A DNA stretch of 64,000 nt from Macrostomum lignano (lineage: Eukaryota). Both the position numbers and the translations under genes were made by a program. This document shows, one piece after another, positions 38,107-49,702 of the stretch; position 1 is the first letter of the stretch, and the number at the start of each line of letters is the position of its first letter. The stretch covers positions 124,001 through 188,000 of the forward strand of contig NIVC01000487.1 in assembly GCA_002269645.1 (NCBI GenBank), given 5' to 3'. Below the pieces are notes generated by a model, which was not told where the DNA came from, made no database searches, and saw only the letters and a program-made list of their open reading frames with translations.

Positions 38107-38520
38107 CAGGGGTAGGCAAACTACGGCCCGCGGGTCACATGCAGCCCTCAAAACCTCTCTATGCGGCCCCATCGGGTCCTTTGAAACTTCACAATGTCAA
38201 TCCAACCCACTCAAGATTTGTCTCTTCTCAGCTCTGTTCGATCTCTAATCTCCTCTCTTTTTTCTTCTTTTCTCTCATCTCCTCTCATTTAGTCCCCCAC
38301 CTCTACTTTGTCCTATCTCGCTTCTCTCTTCTCTATTCCCTCTCCTCTGGCCCGCAGTCTGCGCTAGGTTCTTTCTATCTGGCCCTATCTGGCATGGAAT
38401 GCCAAAGAGATTCGTATAAAATACATGAATTTTGGCATGTGGGCGCCCTGACGCAAAGCCTTTGGCGACATCGTCCCACAACCAGTGCTGAGGCGATTCT
38501 GCCCACTTCGCTGACTCCTG
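38107..38520 (+). mobile_element. hAT/Charlie-like non-autonomous element
   Basis: The 5' end CAGGGGTAGGCAAACTACGGCCCGCGGG is typical of Charlie-type hAT termini. A possible degenerate 3' TIR (reverse complement CAGGAGTCAGCGAAGT, 11/16) ends at 38520. No TSD was found. Confidence 0.6.
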
Positions 38521-38526
38521 AGCACA

Positions 38527-38992
38527 GGGGGGCGTAGCCAGACGGGGGGCAAGGGGGCCGTGGCCCCCCCCCCAATCACCAACTCTGGCCTTGGCGCCCC
38601 CCCCCCTAAAAGAAACTGGCGCCCCCCTATAAGAAACTGGCGCCCCCCCCCCCTATAAGAAACTGGCGCCCCCCGGCCCCTCCTAAAAGAAACTGGCGCC
38701 CCCCCTAAAAGAAACTGGTGCCCCCGGCCCTCCTAAAAGAAACTGGCGCCCCCCCCCTAAAAGAAACTGGTGCCCCCCCCCTATAAGAAACTGGCGCCCC
38801 CCCCCCCCCTAAAAGAAACTGGCGCCCCCCCTATAAGAAACTGGCGCCCCCCCTAAAAGAAACTGGTGCCCCGGCCCCTCCTAAAAGAAACTGGCGCCCC
38901 CCCCCCCTAAAAGAAACTGGCGCCCCCCTATAAGAAGCTGGCGCCCCCTAACTCACGGCGCCCCCCAATCAAAATTCCTGGCTACGCCCCTG
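38527..38992. mobile_element. hAT-like MITE with internal tandem repeats
   Basis: TIRs GGGGGGCGTAGCCAG and CTGGCTACGCCCCTG (13/15). The 8-bp direct repeat TGAGCACA flanks both ends (38519-38526 and 38993-39000). Interior is an (AAGAAACTGGCGCCCCn) array. Confidence 0.8.
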
Positions 38993-40459
38993 TGAGCACA
39001 TGCAAGCGCCAATACTGCACGCAGGCACGCACTCACACACACAGCTCACACAGGGTGTACAGCTGCCCTGACTCTCTAATCGTAAGGCATGTGCACTGTC
39101 TGTGCCTTGGAAACTGGTCCTAATTCATGGCGGTGAATCACGCTGCCCCGCTAAGCTACAAACATGGCAAAGGATTTTGGTGCCGCTAAAACTATCAAAG
39201 CCGGAGCTGCAAAGACACGAGACTCCGTCATGCGTGACTTGACCCACCCACCCCTTCCCATCACCTTCATCCCTTCAGCTTCGAAACCAATTTCCCCATA
39301 GCGCGGAAGCCTGTGCGGGGCAACTCCGGCATCCTCCAGTTTCTTCCTGACACTCAAAAAGCAGAATGCTTCGATGCTTCAAGTGGAGTTAGGACTGAGT
39401 GGGAGATCTGCTCAAGTTGAGGCGAAGAGAGGCTGTTTTGGGGGGGGGGGGCCTGAGCAGTCAGCCGAGTTGAGACCCGAGAGAGTCAGCCCAGCACAAC
39501 ACGCCACAAACAACAGCAGCGGCGACCTTCTCCATATGCCGCCGTGCTTCACTCGCTCGCTCTCACTTTTGCCTTGAAGAACTGAGAAAAGATGAAGGGT
39601 GAAATGGATGGAGGAGATATGGCTCTAGCGGGATCATAAACCAGCCATCATCCCGGCCCCTCCTTCCCCGCCTCCCCAGAGTCCATAACGCCTCGCAGCT
39701 TCTTCTCCTTGCTTTGCCTGGTTCAGCCTCTTCCGCTTGCCTGCTTAAACTTAGTTTACAGGCAACTCAGACCCGTGTCGTGAGGAGGAGATGGATGAGC
39801 TCCACCCTCGGGCCTATAGTGAACTTCTTTTATCCAGTTTCCTTCATCCGACTTCATTCAAAGCAGATGTCCACCGATGCGTGCTGTTGGCCAGCCGGCC
39901 CAAGCTTTCAGTGTTTTAGTTGTGGGGCATCAATTTTTTATGAGAAACCAGCAATAAAATGTCGATGGCCAGAGCAGACGCAGATGGTGGCAAGATCAAG
40001 TGAAGAAATTGAAAGGCAGAGTCTGCAGCCAACTGGGCGGCAGATTGTGGATTAAGCGGCAGCTCAAGTCTGCGCTCGGCGGCAAGTTTGTGGGGAAAAC
40101 CTGTTACGATCGCGAATTAATCCCATTTCCCCAATCGCCTTAATTTCCTCGCATAGATATAACTAGATTTTCCATATCTAAATCTTTCCCATTCCTGGAA
40201 ATCTAATGCTCAGAATGCGTCAGAAATGAGGAGGGCGAGGGGATATTTTTGGCGGTGACATTTCCAGCTCTTCCCAATTATCGCTGAACTGTCTGTTGGG
40301 ACTGTGGAGAGAGGATGGGACGGATTCGTATCTGATAGTGAGAGACGGCCCGGTCCCCCGGTCATGGAGTTCCTAGACCAGCAATCCAGAGTGGAAATTC
40401 TCGGCCCAGAACTCCCATTAGTATATTTTTCTAACACAAGATGCGGATGTTACAGAAGC

Positions 40460-40809
40460 GGGGGCCGTAGTGCAGTGGTCTGGAGCGGCGCTCTGATGTG
40501 CCAGCGGCCCAGGCTCGATTCCAAGTGCAGTCGCATTAATTTATGGGGCTAAATTGGAATCTCGGCTTGGCTCTGCTCGTGCAATTAACGGCCTTGACGG
40601 CTAACCCCAAGGCACAGTGAAGTGTACATGCCTAACGATAAATAAAGTTAGGGCCGCTGTACACTCCTGTGTGAGTGTGTGCCTGTGCGTATGACTGTGT
40701 ACGTATCCGCGCGCTTGTGTGCCTGCTCAGGGGAGTCGGCGGAACGGGCAGTAATGCCTCTCGCCGGTTGTGTGCCAATGTCGCTTAAAGTGCGCCAGAG
40801 TGCACACAG
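40460..40809 (+). mobile_element. tRNA-derived SINE, family A, copy 1
   Basis: A-box TAGTGCAGTGG (40468) and B-box GGCTCGATTCC (40512); the ~300-bp body is homologous to 57678-57980. Confidence 0.8.
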
Positions 40810-41672
40810 CCTCCTCTCTAATGAAGAAATGCTACCGAAGCAGATACGAACAGTGTTAGGTCGTCGGCCACTCCAGCTGCCGGGACACTTCATCAGCGCC
40901 GAGTCGCACTGCCCACAACCGGTGCAGGAGGCGCTGCTGCTGACGCTGACAGGCGCGCACTCGGCGTCTCGTCGGATTTGGACGGCGGAGCGGCTTACAT
41001 TCGCGCTCATGTCCCTGAGGCGGTTTCCAATCCAGATGAGCCTATTTTTAGAGCTCCCCGGCACCAAACTGAAGCGGGTCGCAGCTGCTGTCACTTATCC
41101 TTGTTTTTAATGCGCCTCGATCACAGCATCTCCTCCCATCTCAATCGAACGGGTCCGGCTATAACAGCCAGCTAGCCCTACTCACACTTGAGCAGCTTGT
41201 GTGCCATTTACACCCATGGACCGCGAGCACTTCAAAACCAGACGATGTAGAGACTGCTCTTCTTCCGCGAGAGAAGCGGCGTGAGAGGTGACGCAACCTC
41301 CGGGAGCACAGGACCCGCAGGCCCCAGCTGTCACAGAGGGTAAACACACTCTGCAGAACCGATAGGGGCAAAGCTGCATGGAGAGGCTGTGAAAAACAAA
41401 TACACAGCCTGGTAACCATCGGGTATTAGGAACTCTCTGCCGCTTTTCGCCTCACTTTTTGTTTGTTTTCTTCTTCTTTGGAACTAAATTTGTCAGGCAT
41501 CAACTATGGAAGAAACACGTGCGCCTCTCTCAAGTGACGGCATCGGCTCCCCATGTAGAGTTTCGGTGTAAACTAATAATGGGGTTGGATGAAATCAATA
41601 GCTACAAATGGGAACTGTGTCTTTGTCGCCTCTTTCTAGCAAGTCCGAGGTCTTTGTCTATGAGACTTATTG

Positions 41673-42052
41673 GGGTGGGTTTCACAAACGCGAAATTTCA
41701 CAACCGCTAAAAGCACTTGCTTTCATGAAGGTGAAACTTCACAAACGCGAAACTTCACAACCGCTAATTTTTTTGCAGTCACTTTTACAAACGCGAAACT
41801 TCACAACCGCGAAACTTCACAACCGCTAAAATTTTTGCACTTACTTTCATATACAACAGTCTTTTTAGCGGTTATGAAGTTTCGCGGTTGTGAAAGTAGA
41901 TGACATTTAGCGGTTGTGAGTGAAGTTTCGCAGTTGTGAAGTTTCGCGGTTGTGAAGTTTCGCGGTTGTGAAGTTTCGCGCTTATGAAGTTTAGCGTTTA
42001 TGAAAGTAGGTGATTTAGCGGTTGTGAAATTTCGCATTTGTGAAAGCAACCC
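41673..42052. mobile_element. Foldback/MITE-like element with 16-bp subrepeats (CGCGAAACTTCACAAC)
   Basis: Termini GGGTGGGTTTCACAAACGCGAAAT and (reverse complement) GGGTTGCTTTCACAAATGCGAAAT match at 21/24. Subrepeats are direct in the left half and inverted in the right half. Confidence 0.75.
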
Positions 42053-42749
42053 ATGCAATTATCAATGCATATCGGCCTAATGCCTGCATGTACCCAGCGA
42101 GACACGGAAGCGACTCCCTTTAAAAAGGCCAGTTCCTTTCCAAGAAACAACTTGGCGAGATAGGCGGAGAAACCCTTACTGTCTGCACAAAATTTTCGAT
42201 AATTTCGGTATAGCAAAACCGATTTTAACAAACTTGGTCTCGTTTTAAAGCTGAATAAATTCTTTTACAACTGGCACGAGTTTCACAAAAAAATCACTAA
42301 AATATTTATTCGGCAGGAAATTTCAAAGACACGATTTTTTCGACTGACATCTTCCAAACTAGAAATTTTTTGAAGATTTCAAACGGTCCAACGGTTGGTT
42401 CATTAAAACAAGGCAGGAGAGCCAAACTGGGGGGGGACTGAATTTTAACAGACTGAGTTGTCTGCTCTAATTTGGTGAAGGAGGAGGCTCAATAGGACCC
42501 TCGGACCTCTCTTAACCTAGAACCTTAACAGCATAGGACACTTGAGTATTAGCGATCCTGGCCTGTAGTGGCGACAGTAATGATGCTACAGCAAGCCTTC
42601 CTAGTCCCCTCGGGTTGCGTCACCCCCGTGAGGGAAGGAAGGCTGGAAGAGATTCTCTGTGCCAAATTTGATAAGAACCACCGCTGCATATGAATGAATT
42701 TTACATGTTTGGCAGGTTATTTGTGAGGCCTGCATGTTTGTTTGGCACT

Positions 42750-43185
42750 TATTGCACCAATTTAGATACAAATTGCACCAATTTAGATACTAATTGCACC
42801 AATTTAGATACAACTTGCACCAATTTAGATACAAATTGCACCAATTTAGATACTAACTGCACCCATTTAGATACTAATTGCACCAATTTAGATACAACTT
42901 GCACCAATTTAGATACAACTTGCACCAATTTAGATACTACGAGTAACTGCACCAATTTAGATACAACTTGCACCAATTTAGATACTACGAGTAACTGCAC
43001 CAATTTAGATACAACTTGCACCAATTTAGATACTACGAGTAACTGCACCAATTTAGATACAACTTGCACCAATTTAGATACTTGATGCACTAATTTAGAT
43101 ACTTGATGCACCAATTTAGATACTCATTGCACCAATTTAGATACTAGCTGCACCAATTTAGATACTTGATGCACCAATTTAGACA
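42750..43185. repeat. Minisatellite, 21-bp unit GCACCAATTTAGATACAACTT
   Basis: About 20 copies. Confidence 0.93.
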
Positions 43186-44629
43186 CATTAGTTTCAAAGC
43201 ATTATTAATGTGTCATTTAAAATTCGCCCATATTTGCACGGGTTAAAAAACCGACATTTTTATCCCGCCTGTCAATCCAAGCCAATTGACGCGAGGTGCT
43301 GCATCCCTATAAGTTAGAAAAAAGCTATCAGTAACAATGAACTCACGAACGGCAAACATGGCCTGCTTCCAGCCCTCAGATGATATAAATATAACCCTGT
43401 TTGCTCAAATATTAGCCAGTTGATGGCGTGAGTTGAGAGGAGGCTGCATTTAGCTCTCCCAAATCCTATGCTATCATTAATCTGTAGGTAACTCCACGCA
43501 GGCGGGGGGCACATTGTTACCTAATACTAAGTATTTAAACCGATATGGTCATTCGCACAGCTCTCCAAATCGATGCACCAGCTTCTATCAAATTCATAAT
43601 CGATATATGAGAGGAGACGACTCAAAAAGAGACCCATGAAAACCAGCATCATTTCGCCGCCCCCCCCCCTCGGGGTGCGTGTGTCAGCCCGCTTCTCAGC
43701 AGAACAAACGGTTTCATATTGAAATCCTTACAGAAATTTCTCACACATTTCTAACAAACTTCAACCTCTGAACCTTCCCACCCCGGCGTGACAGCTGACG
43801 TAGCAGCGATTCGGATACAAAATTAAGAAGTGCCAAGGCCGCATATGAGTCGTATCAAGCCCGTGTCAAACTTTGTCAAGACCGTCATCATTCGCAATGA
43901 TTGACACTAGCAGCTATTCAAGTTGCTGTTGGTAAGGCGAAAGAGGTTAGGTAATATAGCTTCTTCACACCTTTCTCTCTCCCTATACCGACAATTAAAA
44001 CTAGCCCGGCTCATAAGAGCTGTCGCTCTTCCTCGGGCGAGTGAGGAGTTTTGGCAATAGAAAACTCACTACTGTATATGGAACGACATAGACATTTTGT
44101 TCTCCCATTTTCTTTTTCTTGAGACCGCGGTGGCTTCTAAAGAGGGATTTGGAAGGTATTATAAGAATTAAAAGGAAGCGGTGGAACTTCCGCGGAGCCT
44201 AATTCACTTTCGCTATTCTGTGTGTGGGCCCCTCCCCTCTCCCGTCCCAACCCTCACTCTAAACTGCAGCTGCAGCCTTGGGCAGAGTCTCTCCGCTCCA
44301 GTTGACTTGGCAAGGAGGCGGTTTTCAGTTACGTAACTTCATAATACAACAGACTGTCGCTGACTGCTGACTATTGAGCAACTATTCTCTTAGAGATCGG
44401 CGCTGAGCTGCGTCTCTGTGCGGCCGAGAGCGAATGAATGCAGCCCGTCCGTGACGCTTGATAAGCGCTGAGTGGATGAACCTGAGCCAGCAGTCCATAG
44501 CAGGTGCTTCCTGACCGAGCCCCCAGTGCGTTTTGTTCAGCTGAAAATTCATTTATTAGCTTTTATTGACTTTTTCTGAGCATGCCCGGGCGGCCGTTTC
44601 TGCTCGGGTGGTTGCTGATGGACTCGATC

Positions 44630-45830
44630 GCTACATCCTAAATCTCTGTGCATCCTCAATCTCTATACATCCTCAATCTCTATGCATCCTCAATCTCTAT
44701 GCATCCTCAATCTCTATGCATCCTCAATCTCTGTGCATCCTCAATCTCTGTGCATCCTCAATCTCTATGCATCCTCAATCTCTATGCATCCTCAATCTCT
44801 ATGCATCCTCAATCTCTATGCATCCTCAATCTCTGTGCATCCTCAATCTCTGTGCATCCTCAATCTCTATGCATCCTCAATCTCTATGCATCCTCAATCT
44901 CTGTGCATCCTCAATCTCTATGCATCCTCAATCTCTATGCATCCTCAATCTCTATGCATCCTCAATCTCTGTGCATCCTCAATCTCTGTGCATCCTCAAT
45001 CTCTATGCATCCTCAATCTCTCAATCTCTATGCATCCTCAATCTCTATGCATCCTCAATCTCTATGCATCCTCAATCTCTATGCATCCTCAATCTCTATG
45101 CATCCTCAATCTCTGTGCATCCTCAGTCTCTGTGCATCCTCAATCTCTATGCATCCTCAATCTCTATGCATCCTCAATCTCTATGCATCCTCAATCTCTA
45201 TGCATCCTCAATCTCTGTGCATCCTCAATCTCTGTGCATCCTCAATCTCTATGCATCCTCAATCTCTCAATCTCTATGCATCCTCAATCTCTATGCATCC
45301 TCAATCTCTATGCATCCTCAATCTCTGTGCATCCTCAATCTCTGTGCATCCTCAATCTCTATGCATCCTCAATCTCTCAATCTCTATGCATCCACAATCT
45401 CTATGCATCCTCAATCTCTATGCATCCTCAATCTCTGTGCATTCTCAATATCTATACATCCTCAATATCTACACCCTCAATATCTACATCCTCAAAATAT
45501 CTACAATCTCAATATCTACCTCCTCAAAATATCTACAACCTCAATATCTACATCCTCAAAATATCTACAACCTCAATATCTACATCCTCAAAATATCTAC
45601 AAACTCAAAATCTACATCCTCAAAATATCTACAATCTCAATATCTACCTCCTCAAAATATCTACAACCTCAATATCTACATCCTCAAAATATCTACAACC
45701 TCAATATCTACATCCTCAAAATATCTACAAACTCAAAATCTACATCCTCAAAATATCTACAATCTCAATATCTACCTCCTCAAAATATCTACATCCTCAA
45801 TCTCAATGTATATCCGAACCCCCCATCTAT
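44630..45830. repeat. Minisatellite, 17-bp unit GCATCCTCAATCTCT(A/G)T grading into a longer composite unit
   Basis: Tandem copies; source of three overlapping spurious ORFs. Confidence 0.95.
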
Positions 45831-47924
45831 AATTCGAACCTCCATCTATAATTCCTACATTTGTGTATCCAGTCCAAGTCTTCTAATCCAATTCCTTATG
45901 CCTTCATTCTATAAATGGTTCAAAACCGTTGCATTATTTAATTTTCGCGACTTTAGACAATTCAAGCGCTTTACAACATCAGCAGTAAATTGTTTGTTCA
46001 AAGAATTGCGCAATCACTTGTCTCATAATTATATATGTGCATTTTGCCGACACATGCGTCCGATTTGAGCACTGGCAAATAGACAGAAAAATGGCCAATC
46101 TCTTCCCCATCAATGCGTCCCTATTGCAGCCAACTGTGCAGCTTCCCTTATCAAATTTGGTCTCAGCTTCATCATCATCATTATTATCATAATCATCAAA
46201 TTCCTGGACCCGGATTCCCGGTTGGTCAGTCAGTCAGCTCATACCTGGCTGAACAGGGCGGCAGCTTGGAGGATTCCGGCAAAGCTGCCGAGAGTAAAAT
46301 AGGTGAGCTACTACTCCGGTTTTTTCCGCCTCATCCTTGGCAGAGGGAGGCTGGTATGTGAGGTTACGTAAGCACTGCATTTCCATGCAGATTAGTTCAT
46401 TTCCCTCAAGCCGCCCCCCTCATCTCTGCAGCCTCACCTATCTGGGACTTTGGGGATTGATGGGGCTTGGCTCCAGACTCCTCCCGTTTCTTCATCTCAT
46501 CTTCTTCTTCATCATTGATGTCGTGGCCATTTCTTTCTTTTTCTTCTCAAATCATCGGTTCATTCATTCGACTCCCCCCTCACCTCAATTCAGCCCCTGT
46601 CCCCTGTTTGATCCTCAGTTTGCCGCCCTGAGGGAGGGGGTGAGAGGGGAAGGGGTGGGCAGGAGGCCGGCAACCATCGAAAACTCGATCCTCTCCGGCA
46701 AGCAGATTTTAATGAGCTGCCTAAATCGCCTTTACATGGAAATGGCTATTCATATTTTTGCTTCATTTTTTCTCTCTTCTCTGCACGAAGCCCCAATCAA
46801 AAGCATTTTGTTAGGCTGTTATCAACCCAATTTTAACTTAAATTTAAACTTTTAATCTATAGGTAGGACACTAAACACTTCGTTCATGCTCACCCAGTGA
46901 CAGAATCGGTCACTCTGACATCACCCACTGACAGAATCGCTCACCCCACTGACATAATCAGTCACTTAATGACAGAACCCAAACCAAGCCCATGTGGTGA
47001 CTTTCAAGCCTTCAATCGAATATTAAATCCATGCTTTCGCAAGTATTTCCCTTCTGAAAAATGTCTACACACCCCCAAGAATCTTCTCAAAGATTAATGA
47101 CCGAATGGCACGAAATCGACTGACTTGTGCCGATGATTTTCCAAATGGAGACTGAGCAGATGATGCTGCGCTTTCTTTGCAGTTATAATTCTTGGTGTGG
47201 GCACGTTTTTTGGCTTAAAGACACGATCGACAGGGGGGAATGAGTTGAGTCGAAGACAGAATAGGAAGGGGCTGAATAGGAAGGAAGCTGACTGATATCC
47301 CCTCACTGAAGGGAGATTTTCGCTTAAGACTCTTCTTTTGGCCAACTGTATACAGTGAAGTTGGGATATCGCTTCCATCTCCGTCAGCTATATTCATAAC
47401 TTTTTTGCATAATGAGCCACTTCCTTCTCATCTCCCGAGGGGTGGGGGGAGCGCAACGGTAGACACATTCATCCATTTTTTCATTCAGCTTTTTCATACG
47501 CCGGGATATCGCAGACTGGTTGAGAGGGTCAAAGTTCAAAGACGCCTCCGTCAGACAGTCCCCTGAGGGCAATTTGAGCCAGTCATTGCTCTGCAGTTGC
47601 TCACTCACTCAACTAACGGTGATTCTGACTGCTCAATTCACAGGCTGAGACGAGTCAAAGTCAACGTCTTTGTCTCCATTGTTTCTTTTGTTTCTAGCGC
47701 TGGAACCTTGCGCCCGGACTCAGCATTTATAGCTCATACATGCGAAATGTGTGAATGCTTTTACAGTTTTTGAAATATGCAATTTCAAATGTTTTTCTTT
47801 CCGGTTCGATGCTTTTAAGTAGCTCAACTAGTTTTAGTCTCTATGGCCAAATTTGGGGTGGGGCAGAGCAGATCAGCGACCGATTCTCGCGCAAAAGTGA
47901 ACCGGATTCCATTCCGTGCAAGAC

Positions 47925-48620
47925 AACATTTATATCTGCCTTGTATCTATGGCCAAGCCTATCTTTACTTTATTTGTGTCTATACTGTCTTATGGCCATA
48001 CCTAAATGTACTCTATTTGTGCCTGTACTATATATGGCCAAGCCTATCTGTACTTTATTTGTGTCTATACTGTCTATGGCCAAGCCTATCTGTACTTTAT
48101 TTGTGTATATACTATCTATGGCCAAGCCTATCTGTACTCTATTTGTGTATATACTATCTATGGCCAAGCCTATCTGTACTCTATTTGTGTCTATACTATC
48201 TATGGCCAAGCCTATCTGTACTCTATTTGTGTCTATATAATCTCTATGGCCAAGCCTATCTGTACTTTATTTGTGTATATACTATCTATGGCCAAGCCTA
48301 TCTGTACTCTATTTGTGTCTATACTATCTATGGCCATACCTAAATTTACTCTATTTGTATCTATACTATCTATGGTCACGCCTAGCTGTACTTTGTTTGT
48401 GTCAATACTGTCTATGGCCATACCTAAATGTACTCTATTTGTATCTATACTATCTATGGTCAAGCCTATCTGTACTTTATTTGTGTATATAATATCTATG
48501 GCCAAGCCTATCTGTACTTTATTTGTGCATACGGTATGAATGGCCAAGCCTAACTGTACACAGGCTCTGCCAGTAGGTTTTATAGCCTATTTCGAGTCTG
48601 TAATGTCTATGGCCAAGTCT
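47925..48620. repeat. Minisatellite, 42-bp unit TATGGCCAAGCCTATCTGTACTTTATTTGTGTCTATACTATC
   Basis: About 16 copies. Confidence 0.93.
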
Positions 48621-49702
48621 GACTGTACTTCACATGTATTTCTACCTATATACGCTCGTAAATGTAGGTATCCATGGCGCAACTGAACATGCCAATCTAT
48701 CTTTCATTTTCTAATTTCCTTTTCGGGACATTAAAATTTGAACCCGATCAAATTTGGTTCCCTGCTGCGACGCGGTAGGTTTCCCCCACCCACCCCTCCC
48801 TCTCCCATAACCGGATTGTTAAGTTATTAATGCGACACAGCATAGGCCCCAAGTCCACTGGGATCTCTGCTCTCCTCCCTCGCTTCTCCCAATTTCCCAC
48901 GGACTGCGCAACTGCATGACCCCTTCAAAGCGCGCCTCTTATTGCTGAGTGGGCGATTAAAGCCAGCACAAACTCAGCAGGCAGCGCTAGCTGGACTCCA
49001 GACACCAGGGGGGGGGCTTGCTAGGCCCCTTCCTTCGTCAGACTCTTCGGGCCCAACGAAGAGTCACGTGCAACCCCTCGCCCCCTTCTTCCAAGACGGA
49101 GCGCTAAGGAGGGGACCCCAGACGCCCGGGGTTAGATCCCGGATGCCGTCCGCAAAATCCCTTATATCCCCCTTTAAGTCGCCACTTACGTAACTCTTTC
49201 TCATTCTATGCCTTTGCTGGCCTACAGACTATCGACCCTCCTCTAGTCCCACTCTGGCGCTGGGATCCTGAGAGTTTGGGGGGAGAGGAAAAAGGGGTGC
49301 CAACTTCAGAATCGCCTCTTGTTCATTCACTTTTTCCAACACATACAGACAGGCACACAGGCGTGTTGGGAAACACGGGCCCAAGTAAATATTGTTGAGC
49401 TATTATGAAACAAAGCCAGAATTGAGGTGAAATGGAGAAAAAAAGCAACAATAAAAATCGAGGCCTGTCAAACCGGCTCAGAGCTCCCAGGGCTATTTAG
49501 AAACTCTGTCAATACTGGATGACTCTGTGATACTCTGTCAGCCAATAGCAGGCCGCCCCTGCCATCTCTCCCCACCTCTCTCTCCATACACCAGCTAAAT
49601 AGCCGCCACTGCAGCACTGCAGGGCCCCTGGCGCCCCACACTCAATTCGATTTCGATCTCTTTCTGCTCCTCTCGCTCGCAGTCCAAGCCTCGCAGTCGG
49701 AG

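Noticed and set aside
44566-46068. 500-aa ORF and overlapping ORFs
   Set aside because: Translation of a 17-bp minisatellite in all three frames.
47384-47608. 74-aa minus-strand ORF with protein-like composition
   Set aside because: GTG start, no recognisable motif and no compatible neighbouring exons; possibly a decayed TE fragment.
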